From the NCBI RefSeq assembly GCF_039654945.1, contig NW_027361797.1, positions 38,068,001-38,132,000 of the forward strand: DNA of 64,000 nt, given 5' to 3'. The translations under genes and the position numbers were made by a program. Numbering within the stretch: position 1 is the first letter of the stretch; the number at the start of each line of letters is the position of its first letter. This DNA is from Dendrobates tinctorius. Its lineage: Eukaryota. Below the pieces are notes generated by a model. It did not search any database. It saw nothing but the letters and a program-made list of their open reading frames with translations, and had not been told where the DNA came from. This document shows positions 1-13,465 of this stretch, piece after piece.

Positions 1-503
1 CATGCACGTGCTTATCTTATCCTGGCAGATTTGAAGCACTTAAATCTGCAGCATGTAAATTCTTGCACTCATTATAAGAGAAAAAAAAAAATGCAGGAAA
101 AATTACACAAGTGTTTTTACACAGTGTTTTTTGAGCCAACACATTTTTTTTTTCAGCGGAAGATATTGCACATGTGCACATACCATTAAATGAGTCGTCT
201 GGATTTGAGTAAAGAGGCATTTACACTGCTAAATAATCACACTGGTTTCACGACTATCTTGCCACGTAAAGAGTCTGCCGATGACGATGAGCAGGAAAAA
301 ATGCTCATTTATGGGGTAAAATGATTTTATGTGCAGCACAGATTTAAAAAAAAAAAAAAAAAAAAACGAACAAAAAAAAAAAAAACACAATCATCCTCGG
401 CGGTTCATTGTCCTGTGTAAACAAGATTTGCACTGCCAAGAACTATGGCAGCCCGTGGGCACTGAGCAATCAAGTGCACATTGTTTCACTTGGTCTGGCT
501 GTG

Positions 504-505
<2 letters not shown>

Positions 506-547
<42 letters not shown>
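506..547. repeat. (TA)n microsatellite (others at 13418-13463 and mixed TA/CA at 32810-32905)
   Basis: Direct reading of the sequence. Confidence 0.95.
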
Positions 548-553
<6 letters not shown>

Positions 554-3025
554 AACAACACACTGATCGACAGAAGCTTACAACTCACATTGTGCCGCCG
601 GTTGGTCCATATAAACAGACCGTAACTCCTTAACAACGCGTGATGGGAATAGTAGATCATGAGCAGGTGTCAGTTGCCGCACCATGACCTGTATACCTGC
701 CACCGTGTGAAAACACTGACGGCTTTGTGCCGACAGCGGTCAGTGACAGCTGACCACCACGGCTACAGATGCCATCAACCCTAAACCCCATTACCCAGAT
801 TTCCAACGCACCAGGGAGAGCCAGGCAAAAGCACCAAAACTGGAGAATCTGATGTGATGCACCACTTCTGGGGAAGTTGTGGGCTGGTATTTTACAGCTG
901 GGAAGGGCCCAATAACCAGGGACCTTCCCAGCCTGATAATAGTAGCTGTCAGCTGTCTACTTCACCTTTGCTGGTTACCAAAAAATAGGGGGGGGGGGGG
1001 TCACATCATTCATTTTCATTTATTAGCTTCATACAAAGCTTTTCAATAAGTTCCATATGCAAAGCACTAAAGGCTGCAATTTTATATTATGTCAGGGGAA
1101 GAAGGGTGGGATAAATAATAAATCTGCAGAATCTCCATCTATCTATATAAAATAGCATTCATTGCCATCTAAAAAAAAAAGCAGGTGGAAAAAAAAAAAG
1201 TATTAAAAAACATGTGCTTTTTTCTGCCAAGAGATGTAGAAATGGTGCAGAAATTTCTGCATCCAGATACATAACCTGTGCGCGCACCCTTGAGTCCTCT
1301 TACAGTGTAGGAATATAATGAGGCAGCATTCCAAGGAGCGCTCATTTCCCGACTAGCTAGCACACAGAGGCTCCAGCTTCCAAATCCAATAGGAAATAAA
1401 GTTGTGATTTTACTGCTAATCCATTAAAAAGATATACCCATCATATTACACTAAACACTAGAATTGCCCCCCCAGCTTGGTTGATCTGAGGGTCCATAGC
1501 ACATGGTCTACTCCGGTGATAAACTGCACCATATGGCTGATAGAACTCAGAGCACTGGGCCGGATTCATCACTGCATTTGCACCTATTGGTCTAGTTTGT
1601 CGTTTTTCATTTGCACCCAAGACTTCTTATAATTTGCACCTTTTTTTAAAGTCTACTTTATATGTGTTTTTTTGTGGTTCACCATTGTTGAAGGGATTTT
1701 CAGATGTTTTCAGCCGATTCATCTACATCAATTGTGACTTTATAAAAAGGTGCAAACGTTGGCACAAATGTGCTCCAGTCTACCTTTACCTGGAGTGATT
1801 TTATGCAAAACAGATTTGGTGCAAATTTTGCGCCATTTAACAAAATGTGCGACTGGGCGAAAAATTGCAAAAATGGGTCAAAGACCAAAAAAAGTGCATT
1901 TTTTCATTTTGCGCAAAATTCATGAACCGCATTTGAAGAATTTGGATTAAAAAAAAAAAATAAAAAAAAAATAATGAAGGCCCATTGTGCTTTTTTTTTT
2001 TTTGCACCATCCTCTACTCTTCTAGTTTTGGGGTCTGCGTGGAATTAGAAGTCAACCATCAATTCCCCCCCACAAAGAGAGAGCTGTTCTGACATTTTAA
2101 CTTATCCCATTTAAAATAAATGGGCTTCAGCTTTAATAACAGACAGGACAAAGATGGCGCTGTTTCTGTAATAAAATATATTAAATAAAAAAAAAGTTTC
2201 TCTAATTCTAGAGGATCCCTTTAAGCATACAGCAAGTAACCCATCCACTATGCACAAGGGCAGCAGATATTCCCATCAGACAGAATATACTTTTTTCCCG
2301 CAGAGATAAACGGTACGTTGGATGTTTTGCTGGAGGGATATTAACACAGGATGAATATACGGTAAATGAACAGGAATCAGGATCTCCGGCTCACACGCTC
2401 AGGATTTCTTGGAGGCATTTGAGGAAACTGCTGAACTAAAAGGAATGTGCAAACACAATGGAGAGAAGCAAAAATAAAAAATAAATAATAGCTTCTAACG
2501 TAACACAAGGAGACATTCCCCGGCAGATTATGTAACAGCCTGCCGCAATGAAGCAGCAAAAAAAGAAAAAGGAGTATAAACCCAAAGGAGACTTCAGGGT
2601 CACTTTACTGATGGGGATTACACCCCCTCCTTGTGTTATCACTAGTCCGTATCACAGGCTGCCGATCACCGAGCAAACATAAGTCGGGTGAAAGGATCTT
2701 TTGTGCTGCAGAAAAGATCAATGCTCTCTGCAGCACAAACTGACTGAGCACTTAGATCCATTAATTTATAGATGATAGTGGCATGTAGGATTCAGACGAG
2801 TGCAGCATGGGCACACAGAAAAAGGGTCATCCAAAAGTCTTTATGAACTCCACCGAATACTTACCTCCCGCACTAGTGCTCCCCCCTAACTGATCACGTG
2901 ATATTGACAGCAGATTAGCTTACAATGATTGGCAGCAGCCTTTACTATTCTGCCAGAGAAGGAGTCCGCTCTGATGGAATAGTAAAGGCTGCAGCTGATT
3001 ACCAGCCACTGATTGGCTGCAGGGG

Positions 3026-3389
3026 TCATAGAATCGTAGAGTTGGAAGGGACCTCCTGGGCCATCTGGTCCAACCCCCTGCTCAAAGCAGGATTCGCTAA
3101 ATCATCCCAGTCAGATGTCTGTCCAGCCTCTCTTTGAAGACTTCCATTGAAGGAGAACTCACCACTTCTCATGGCAGCTTGTTCCACTCATTGATCACTC
3201 TGTCAAAAAGTTTTTTCTAATATCTAATCTGTGTCTCCTCCCATTCAGTTTCATCCCATTGCTTCTAGTCTTTCCTTGTGCAAATGAGAATAAAGTTGAT
3301 CCTTCTACAATGTGACAGCCCTTGAGATATTTGTAGACAGCTATTAAGTCTCCTCTCAGTCTTCGCTTTTGCAAACTAAACAATCCCAA
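3026..3389 (-). mobile_element. 5'-truncated CR1 LINE (ORF2 C-terminus and 3' end)
   Basis: [23 protein letters not shown]...RLDIRKNF is the typical CR1 ORF2 end; ATTCTATG-type terminal repeat. Confidence 0.92.
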
Positions 3390-3602
3390 TATGACAATGG
3401 TGTGAGACTAGTGCGCGAGCAGCGCTGTGATCAGGGAAGTGTCCAGCTGCGGTCACTCCCTTTAAAGACAAGACTGCTCGGATCAATGTGTATTACTGCA
3501 GGTCTCCTAAAGCTTCAGAGATTACAGTATGCTGTTCGTTTGGTCAGCTAGTAGCTGCAATCATTGTACCATGGGCGCAAAAATGTCACCATAGGGCTCA
3601 AG

Positions 3603-4212
3603 CAGGGCTGTGGAGTCGGAGTCGTGGAGTCGGTGCTCATTTTGGTGGAGTCGGAGTCGGTATAAAATGGACCGACTCCGACAATATATAATAAATTGGG
3701 TACAGTAATTCAATGCAGGATGTGCTGAATATTTTTTCATAGGAGTTTGGGAAAGTTATGAAATGTCCTATAAATGGCTGTTATATTCCTGATCTAAGGC
3801 TACATTCACACACAGCGTTTTTCCTGCGTTTTTTGAGGATACGTTTTTCAGCTGCAAAAGCAGATCAGCTTTTTAAAAAACTGCATCACCTGAAAGGTTT
3901 TTGAGCTCATAGATAATGTTTTCAATAGCAAAAGCAGATTAGAAATCTGCTCTATCCATTTATCCATATCTGTCTATCCATATCGTATCTGTACCAAAAA
4001 GAATGAAAACCGGGTAGTACACCAATATATATTCTGTTCTATCTAAATATCTTGATTATTGGATCATAAAAATGATTAAATGTCTGAGGTTCACATTGTA
4101 CTACAATAAATTTTTCACTTAAATATAAGCAATATGTGTGGGAGTCGGAGTCGGTGTAAGGGAAATTGAGGAGTCGGAGTCACAGGTTTGGCTTACCGAC
4201 TCCACAGCCCTG
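3603..4212. mobile_element. Non-autonomous hAT element
   Basis: TIR CAGGGCTGTGGAGTCGG, subterminal GGAGTC repeats, perfect 8-bp TSD GGCTCAAG. Confidence 0.9.
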
Positions 4213-6372
4213 GGCTCAAGGCATCATTTGTGGGGGTGGGTTGTTCTGTTGTGTTGGTTGACATTTTTGTGCTAAATTCTTCAAAAGGGCACTCGTGGTA
4301 CTTAAGCTACATACATACATCCATGTGAATTGTCCACGTGCGGCTCGATTTTTTACCAAACGACACAAATCCACAGAGACACATCCGTGGAAATCAGAGC
4401 CACGTGCGAGACCCGTAAGACCCCGATTTTGAGGATAAGGATAGGGCTTACATAGGACTGCACGCTGACACCTGACACGAATGTGCGACTGTAGCTTAAG
4501 GATACATTCCTTGTTCTAGAACAGATCTACAATGTACAGGTGTGAGGCCTGTGTGTACTTGGCGCAGCAGGCTGTTCAGCAGCACACACTCCCCCTGGGG
4601 CTGAAGAGTACAGACTCCACGTGCCGCCATATAGTACGGTATGGCAGAAATATTCTCTTCTAGGAACGATGTTTTCATGTCGCCGCACGACACTGGAACA
4701 GGAGGCCTTGTGATGAGCACTACAAAACATTAACAGTTAATGATCAATCGATTAACCCGACAGCCATCCCTCGCCAGGTGCACGGCGTGGACGCAGTCCG
4801 CTCTAGAGTCCACATCGCAGATTAGCAGTCCTATTGCATAAGCCATCAGCCCCGATGCAGATCACGGAGCTCAGCAGAATTCACTGCGGTTCCTGCAGTT
4901 TTTACTTGGGAAAAAACAGCCTCAGAGACGATGGCACAACACAGACACTGTAAAGGAAGGGTTCACCAGACTCCTATTTTAGGGACTGTGCTACCTAGAG
5001 CCCAACAACTTGACTGTACAGGAGGGACGGCCATCAGAGTCAGGCCAAACGGTGCACGTGTGCCTATAAAAGGGGCTGTCCCGACAGTAGAAAAAACTAT
5101 TTAAGATATGGATTCATTAAATATAAGAAACGGAAACATACTTGCCTTACAGAAGCTACATGGATCTAGCACAAACCTCCGCAGCAGCCTGCACCGTATA
5201 CACGGGGGGCGGTGGAAGGAGAGTTTGGCGCAGTTTCATATTTTAATCAATCCGTGCAAAACAAAAAATTATGACGGACCAACCCTTTAATCCATACCCG
5301 GTGAGCTCCCTCAAGTGGTGACTTCTGGTAGCTAAAACAGATGGATCTACACAAAAAAAATAAAAAATCCCGAGCACTTGCACGGCAATGGCGTTTTGAC
5401 ATTGATGTGCATTATGTCCATTTTCTTGGTGCTTTTTCCCCGCATGAAAAAGATGTGTGCACACAAACACTTAAAAAAATTTTTCGAGGAGCTTTGAAGA
5501 GTTTCCTCTAAGTTTATGCTCTTAGAACTCGGTAAGGCTACGTGCACACTGAGCCTTTTTTGCTGAGTATTTGGAGACATTCAGTTTCTGGTTCAAACAC
5601 TCCTCAAAAATCTACGTGCGCACAGCCTTGGGGAGTTTTTGGTTGAAATTTTTCTTTTTCTGAACTTTGCTGGTAAAGTTTTAGAATAGGAAAAAGTTTT
5701 CCCCAAGTATTTCTCAGGGGATGCGCACACGGTCTTTTCGGAGCAGAAACTACTTCTATGCACGACATCTGATGCTTAAGTTCTCTTACACAAAACCGCT
5801 TCAGGAAAAAGCCAGAGTTTGTTTTTTTTGTTTCTTCGCCGCCTATATCTTCTATTACAGAAGGTGCAAACGAGCGCATTTCGCTCCAAGTGCAATCCAA
5901 CAAAATATCGGACCAACGTATGGGGCCGAGAACTTAGCCAATATTTTCCTGGGACAGTCTCAGACGCTGCATGACCACGTTGGATCCGCTATTCAGATCG
6001 CACTCGGCCATGCAAGCCATTAAGTGTGTGGGGGGAAAAAAAAAAAAAACAAAAAACAGACTGCACTCGGATGACATCTGAGTCTCTCAAATGAGAGAAT
6101 CTACAGCACTTGCCCAAGAATGAACATGTCAAGCAGTTAAAAGTAGTAATAAAATACTTAACGTCTGCACAGCAATGTCGTTTTCACATTGCTGCGCATT
6201 ATGTCCATTCTTTTGTGGGACTTTTTTCCGGGTAGATTCTGGGTGGAATCCGCTTGAAAAATACACTGAGTGCACATGGCTACGGTACTCAAAGTTAGTT
6301 TTTTTGTAGGAGGTTTGAGTGTTTCTGCTATAAAAACCTCCTTGAAAAAAACATCTTAAAAAAATGTGTTTA

Positions 6373-7338
6373 GGCTAGTTTCACACTTGCTTTTTTTTGC
6401 AGCGCGTTTTTCCCGCAAAAAAACGCATTGAAAAAACGCATACAAAAGCATACAACTGCTGCGTTTTTTTCAAGCATTTTTATGAGCATGCATGAAAAAA
6501 ACGCAGCATTTTTATGCGTTTGTATGCGTTTTTAGTGCGTTTTTACCGCGTTTGCGTTTTTTTCCAACATTAGGTGGCCCCTCACACTAACCCAAACCAT
6601 GACTTTACTAACCCTAACCCTGACCCTTAACCAAACCATACTTAACCCTAACCCAAACCCTAAACCCTAACCCTTAACCAAACCATACTTAACCCTAACC
6701 CAAACCCTAACTAACCCTAACCCTTAACCAAACCATACTTAACCCTAACCCTAACCCTTAACCAAACCATACTTAACCCTAACCCAAACCCTAACTAACC
6801 TTAACCCTAACCCTGACCCTAACCCTTAACCAAACCATACTTAACCCTAACCCTGACCCTAACCAAACCATACTTAACCCTAACCCTGACCCTAACCCTT
6901 AACCAAACCATACTTAACCCTAACCCTGACCCTAACCCCAACCCTAACCCTGACCCTAAACCCCCTTAACTAACCCCAACTCTAACCCAAACCCCTAAAT
7001 TCCATGGTTAACAAAAAAAAAAAAAAACGCATGTGCAAAAAAAACGCATACATGAGCATGCCAGTGCGCACGTATGCGCATCCATAGGCTATAATGGCAA
7101 TTTTTAGCGCAAAACGTGCGCATATGTGCGCATGCGCTTTTTTGCAGGGCCAAAAAATGCAACATGCTGCGTCTGGAAAATACAAACGCACACCCCAAAA
7201 AAACGCAGCGCATGAAAATCGCATACGTGCGCTTACCAGCGCGCAGGTATGCGCACCCATGTTAAATATAGGGGAAAAAACGCATGCGCAGGTATGCGTT
7301 TTTTTCCAGCGCAAAAAAACGCAAATGTGAAACCAGCC
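6373..7338. mobile_element. PIF/Harbinger-type MITE containing a telomere-like array
   Basis: TIR GGCTAGTTTCACACTTGC / GCAAATGTGAAACCAGCC; TTA on both sides; AAAACGCA subterminal repeats. Confidence 0.8.
6586..6998. repeat. Degenerate (CCCTAA)n interstitial telomere-like repeat
   Basis: CCCTAA, CCCTGA and CCCAAA hexamers interleaved with a recurring CCAAACCATACTTAA motif. Confidence 0.9.
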
Positions 7339-8383
7339 TTAGAGGAGGATTTTAGAGCGGAGTCTCTCCGCAAGAATCAGCATGAACACAGCAGGTGAAT
7401 AGAGAATGTAAGGATCGGGTATACCATCCCCTTAAGGAAAAAAAAAAATTGGATTAAATTCCGAGCTCTCCTATAAGCCTAAATCGGGTTAACCATAATA
7501 TCTAATAAATGTGATGTGTGGGATAGGATTCTGTGACTCACGCTACAGCGCTGAAGGACATGACTGTTAAAGGGACGGCGTCCGGGATTGCATCAAGCAC
7601 CCCACATCCGCCACACTGCAAGGCATGTACACAATACACGCAGCGATCACTGATCGGACGATTGTAGTGCGCCAGACATAGGAACAATGGAGACCCACAC
7701 TCTATAGGACAAAACCCAGGATATACTACGGGGCACAAGCTGGTGTTCGTGCAACACATAGAAGCACGTTCACACCGCGGCCGCTTAACGGGCAAAACCG
7801 AAGATGGAAACAAGATGAACCAATATCCTGTTGTAGATAGTGATACTGCATATAAATAACATGGGATACTTCGTAAAAAGAAAAAGTGTAAAAGCCGTCT
7901 CACGGCGACGAGGCATGCCCACCACAATGGGCTTATCCTGAACATTAAACCTCACCTTGTGTACGACAATGTAACGGGGAGAGCAAAAATTCAAAAAAAT
8001 AAAAATAAAAGTTCACTGCAGGGATAGAATTTGTTCCAATGTCATCAATAATACGTAAAGTGTACGGCACTGATAACGGGGCGCCCTTTAGCGAAAAATC
8101 AGCACCTGAGGCGTAAACCGTCATGTCACCGGATTGTTGGCGAAGCCGAGGATTTTATTTTTACAAGTGGCTGCGAAGGATCTCAGGTGATCGTTACTGA
8201 TCGCTTCCAAAATAAATCAGACCAATTGCCTGGTGTGAGGGATTGTAACCAGAGCAGAATAGTGAGATATGTATATATATGGCAGTGTTCAGATGAGGCG
8301 TTTCCTGGCCATTCTGCACCCCCATGATGACCGCTGACATCCCAGTATGAAGGGTGGAGCCCCCAGACCCAGGCTGCTCTCAC

Positions 8384-8462
8384 CTTGCTGCAGGTCCTGC
8401 TGATCGTACCACGGCTCGTCCTCCTTGATCTCAAACTCCTCCACATTGCTGTCGGTTAACAT
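8384..8462 (-). CDS. CDR2: Cerebellar degeneration-related protein 2, first coding exon (rest of gene lies left of the window)
   Basis: Translates MLTDSNVEEFEIKEDEPWYDQQDLQQ plus 1 nt, closely matching the recalled CDR2 N-terminus (MLAENLVEEFEMKEDEPWYDHQDLQQD). ATG context gccatcATG; donor G|GTGAG at 8383. No exon 2 recognised in 1-8383. Confidence 0.93.
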
Positions 8463-8559
8463 GATGGCAGGTCGGACGGAGCTCCGCTCTCCCGGGACTC
8501 CCGGCTGCAGCAGGCGGCGGCGGGGACTGATGCTGCTGACAGCTTCTTCTGCTCTGTCT

Positions 8560-8930
8560 CCAACTTGCTCCTCCCGCCTCCTCCATCCCCCCCGAACCAC
8601 CGACGGAAACTGCCGAACTCCTCCGAACAGCGCCGCAACGTGGCATTCGGAGTGTGTGTCGTCAAATTTCCAGATGGGAAGGACAGTTTACAAACTAACC
8701 AATCAAATCTCGGGGTAAAGAAAGGGCGGTTACCTTTGGACCAATCACTTTTTAGTAAAGGCACGCTGCCCTGCTGTGATTGGTTAAACGCTCAAACACG
8801 CCCAGATTTGTGTTGCGACACTTCCGTGTTTTGCTGCTGGATGCTCAGAGTATTGAAGCTTGCGGGTTGCGACGGGCAACTGGCCGGTGGGAGCTCCTGC
8901 GCGTCCTGGCGCCCCGTGTGAACGCGTCCT
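8560..8930. promoter_or_regulatory. CpG-rich, probably bidirectional promoter (CDR2 / MFSD13B)
   Basis: High CpG density about 8400-8930; CCAAT at 8699 and 8741, ATTGG at 8779, GC box GGGCGG at 8724, ETS-like ACTTCCG at about 8820. Lies between two divergent genes. Confidence 0.7.
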
Positions 8931-10679
8931 TACCATCCATGTCCTCTGCCTGGTAGTATGTGGTCACTGTGGGTGCTTGCTTTACTTTTGGTGATGGTGC
9001 TAGATGTAGATGAGTCTTGCTGCAGTTCTTGTGCTGCTTTACCCCAGAGTCAGTTCCTCCCTACTATCAAGATCTCTGCTTGCTGGTAATGAATGAAACC
9101 TGTGTTCTTCAGGCCCAGGTAACACTCCTGCTGTCTGTAGTCACTGGCTGCAAGCAGATATTGCCAATGCTGAGGGCATGACACAGATCGCACGCTGTGC
9201 TGTGCCTGGGGTAGATCCTCCAGCATCTAAAACTGTTTATAAATCTGTGCAGATTCAGCTGATGTGATCGGATCGATCTGTTTGACCCTGGATCTCCCGC
9301 TCCCCATTGCGGATTTTGTCAGGGGATGTGCCTGTTTGTGGCAGTGTCACTAAAATAGGATTACGCTACAATTACATAAAATCAGAATATTCATTTAATT
9401 GTCACCATTTCATTGTGCCATATTAAAGGGAACAAGTCCGAGCTGTGGAAGCTGAGCAGAATGATATATAGGTGTTTTTTTTTTTTTTGGGGGGGGGGGG
9501 GATTTAGTAAAACTTGCATCTTATTTATTAAAATCCCAGGTGTTTGTATAGGAGTCCAGTGGGCGGTCCTACTTAATGTTTGACAGCTATCTACATGCAA
9601 AGTCATACAGGGAAGACTGTCCATCACTGAACAGGACCGCCCACTGGACTCCTGGGCATATAAGTATCGGGGATGTCAACAAATTTTACTGAAACTTTGG
9701 CCTCAAAAAAATGTGATCAGCTCCTCCTGCCGGCAAATCAAGAGACCATTTCCATCATGACAGGTCCCTTTAAATTACTATGGGTGACTTGTGCAGTAAG
9801 CACAGCCACTTTTATTGTGGAGCCCAGGACTGATATTTGAGTACATGCTGATCCTTGTAATACTACATAACATAGATCGGATATATATGGTGCCAACTTT
9901 ACCTAGCCCACCCACCTGGCTCGGATTTAAGGAAGACAAGGAGACACTGATGAGCCTTATGGATTCTGCAGAACTTGCTTTAAGGAGTGTCAATCTTTTC
10001 AGTACCCAGGCAGAAAGTGATAGATCATTAGGACATGGAGAGAATAATATGAGGATCCGGTGCCCGGAATTTACAGGTTTATGTCGCCACCTTGTACCTT
10101 TTAGCACAAAGCTGTAATTGTGTTTGATAAGTCATGCGTTTAGTAGTGTGCCAGCTATGGACTTTGTCACCTTATAGGTTAGATATACAATGGGGGTCAG
10201 ATCACTGGATGCCGGCAACTACTGGGCACTGCTTCTAGATAATGCACTGAGGTCTCTTTAGCTTCTTTTTTTTGTCCAAAGGCGTCAAACTGGTTTTGTG
10301 TTGGATATTCCAGTACAGCCTGAGTTTCAAAGCCAGAAACTGAGTCCATTTAGTTAGTAGGGGTAAAATAATGTTTTATTTAAAAATACGCCGTGATGTT
10401 GCTCTAGGTATCGGTGGAAGCTTTATAAGACATTGATTAAATATTTTTTGTTAAAATATAATTCATTTTCAAACTAATACTTAGACGTATTCTTACCAAT
10501 GGGAACACAGATTATGTGGGGTTCTAAAAACGTAAAAAAAAAAATAGGTAATCATCAAATTCAATGGGGCAAGTGGTTTTGTGATCGCATATGATCCTGG
10601 TATATTTTTTTGTAATAAATGTGTTACTAGTTTATTTTTTATAATTAAAAAAAATTGAAGTGACTCAACAAAAGAGAAA

Positions 10680-11480
10680 TCTAAGTCATTTGAATATTTG
10701 GTGTGATCACACTTTGACTTCAAAACGGCATCAATTCTATATACTTGCACACTGTGAAGAAACTCCACAGGGAGGTTGTTCCAAACATCTTGGAAAACTG
10801 ACCTCAGATCTTCTGTGGATGTCGCTTGTGCAAATCATTCTGCCTCTATGATGCTCTCGACTGATATGAGAAATATTTGGCAGTAGAAAAAGGAAGTTTG
10901 TTTGCGGAAGGGCTGGAGAGCGGTGCAGTGATGAGGGTCTGCATGTAACTGTGAAGCATGGTGGAGGCTTCTGCAAGTTTGGGGGCTGCATTTTAGCAAA
11001 TGGAGTTGTGCATTTGGTCAGGATTAATGGTGTCCTCAATGCTGAGAAATACACTTATCTATCATGTTATACCATCAGGGAGGTGTCTATGATTCTGCAA
11101 CAGGACAAAGACCCCAAACATACAGCCAATGTTATTCAGAACCATCTTTAATCTAAAGAAGAAAAAGATGTCCTGGAAGTGATGATATGACCTCAAAGAG
11201 CCCTGATCTCAACATCATCGAATCTGATTTGACAGAATGATTTGCAGAAGATCTGTGGTCAGTTCTCCAAGATGTTTGGAAAAACCTTCCTGCCGATTTC
11301 CTTCAAAAACTGTGTAAATGTAACTAGAAGACCTGATTGTAATTTGAAGACTAATGGCAATCACACCCAATAATTAATTTTGAATTCTGTAACATGATAA
11401 AACTACTCACACTTTTGTTTTTAAAAGCTTCTTACTTTGCAGTATTTTTCCCCACACATGCCTAGTGCTTTTGCATGTAC
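10680..11480 (+). mobile_element. Decayed, internally deleted Tc1-like remnant
   Basis: VKHGGG...FGGCI...LQQDKDPKHTA transposase fragment at 10951-11151; boundaries approximate. Confidence 0.8.
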
Positions 11481-12214
11481 AGTCTATAAGGGTTTGAGGG
11501 TCTTTCAGAGACTATAGATGCAGTCATAAGATACTAAAAATACCAAGTTACCTCCTTCCATAAACTCAAGTGCTTGTCCACAAAAATATATTTGGTAGGT
11601 GTGCAGTAGGACTGAAGGGGGAGCCGTGCTTTGAAATAGGTTTTGACATGTCACCGCAACATGATAAAAGTTTTAGTCGGTGCAGATCCTGGTCCTGAAA
11701 CTTCCACGATCAGTGTAGTGAAGCGGTGGAAACTCTTAGTTAAGTGCTTGGTGTTTGGTTCTGCTCAGCTGATCCTCAGAAAGAAGCTAAGTGATGTGTT
11801 GATCTGTAGACAGAGTTGAGCAAAAACATTTTCAGGACTGTGGTTCAGCAACCTTGTTGGTATTCCACGGCCACCATATCAGAGCCCTGTGAACCTTCTA
11901 CTACTACTTGCCATCATCCTCGTCCCCTCTTCTGATTGTTAGGACCAGCGTGATGCCATCATTGCAGGGTGACGCACTCATAACATCATGTTCAGCCAAC
12001 TAATCAGAAGTGGTGCCAGGGATGCTGGCAGGTACGAGGAAATTCACAGGACTCTGGTCTGGTGGCCATGGACTACTGACGTGACTGCTGGACGAGGTTC
12101 CTGCAAACCTTTCTGCTCAACTCTAATAAAAAGTCTATGAGCCCATACATCACACTGCCCCTTTTCAGAGGATCAGCCACACAGGACCGAACACAGCTGA
12201 AGGGGTGCAGCTTT

Positions 12215-12500
12215 ATTTTTGTTATTTTCATTTACTTTATGCTTTTGTGTTATGACTTTTTATGTATTATTATTATACTTTTATGTATTAATATTATACT
12301 TAAGTATTTGTATTATGGCTTTTTATGTATTTGTATTATGGCTTTTGTGTATTAGTATTATACTTATGTATTTATATTATACTTTAAAGTATTTGTATTA
12401 TACTTATGTGTTTGTATTATACTTTTTATGTATTTGTATTATACTTTAATGTATTTGTGTTATGGTTTTTTATGTAGTCGTGTTATGGCTTTTTATGTAG
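12215..12500. repeat. AT-rich degenerate tandem repeat (TTTTATGTATTTGTATTA-type)
   Basis: Recurring units of about 20 bp directly upstream of the 12526 splice acceptor. Confidence 0.8.
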
Positions 12501-12539
12501 TTCTTTCGCTGTTTATGTTTCCGTAGGTGAAGTGTAAAC

Positions 12540-12692
12540 ATGAAGTTATCCTTAGGAATCCACGGGCCGGCCCTGGCCTACTCTATGACCACGTTAGGGG
12601 CTGGAATGATGAACAGCATATTCCACTTCTATTACGTGAAGCTGTTTCTTAACCACTACAAAATATCAGAAGGAGCCTTTCACCAAGCGCAG
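12540..12692 (+). CDS. MFSD13B: MFS transporter TMEM180-like (MFSD13B), coding exon 1
   Basis: Acceptor ccgtag ends at 12526; ATG at 12540; MKLSLGIHGPALAYSMTTLG...FYYVKLFL...AFHQAQ; donor CAG|GTAAAA; 153 nt, phase 0. Paralog call rests on position between CDR2 and METTL9. Confidence 0.85.
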
Positions 12693-13414
12693 GTAAAATG
12701 GAGATTCAGGATCGGTCTCATTTTGGAAATCAAATTAACTCAATGTTTTGTCGTTTTTCTTAAATAAGCATTTTACATGTGCTCTGGTCATACTACGCTT
12801 TCCATCAGTGGTTCTGGTATTTTTTATGCTAAGAATAGCGCAGTCTACACCTTTCCTCTGTATGTCAAAAATTTCAGAACCCCAGCTGAACTCTTGTGGA
12901 AAGATTGCTAGGGAACTATATATTTATTACTAGATGGTGGCCTGATTCTAACGCATCGGGTATTCTAGAACATGAGGGAATCTGTCACCCCATTTTTGCC
13001 CCATAAGCTGGGGCCACCACCATCAGGGGCTTATCTACAGCATTCTGTAATGCTGTAGATAAGCCCCCGATGAAACCTGAAAAATAAGTAAAACGTTACA
13101 TTATACTCACCGGGGGGCGGGGCGGTGGGTGTCGCAGTACAGTCCGGCGCCTCCCATCTTCATACGATGATGTCCTCCTCCTTGCTTCTCCCTCGGCTCC
13201 TGCGCACGCGTACTTTATATGCCCTGTTGAGGGCAGAGTAAAGTACTGCAGTGCGCAGGCGCCGGGAAAGGTCAGAGAGGTCCGGCGCGTTGGGGTCTCC
13301 TAGCCTGCACTTTTGATAAGGTTTGGTTCTTGGCACTGTTTGATTTTGACTAATTTTGGCCGTTTATTATTTTCTATATCTATTTGCCTCACTTGGCTGT
13401 TATCCTGCATCTCT

Positions 13415-13465
<51 letters not shown>

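Noticed and set aside
6586-6998. True telomere or chromosome-fusion site
   Set aside because: Single orientation, degenerate, enclosed by MITE TIRs inside a CDR2 intron.
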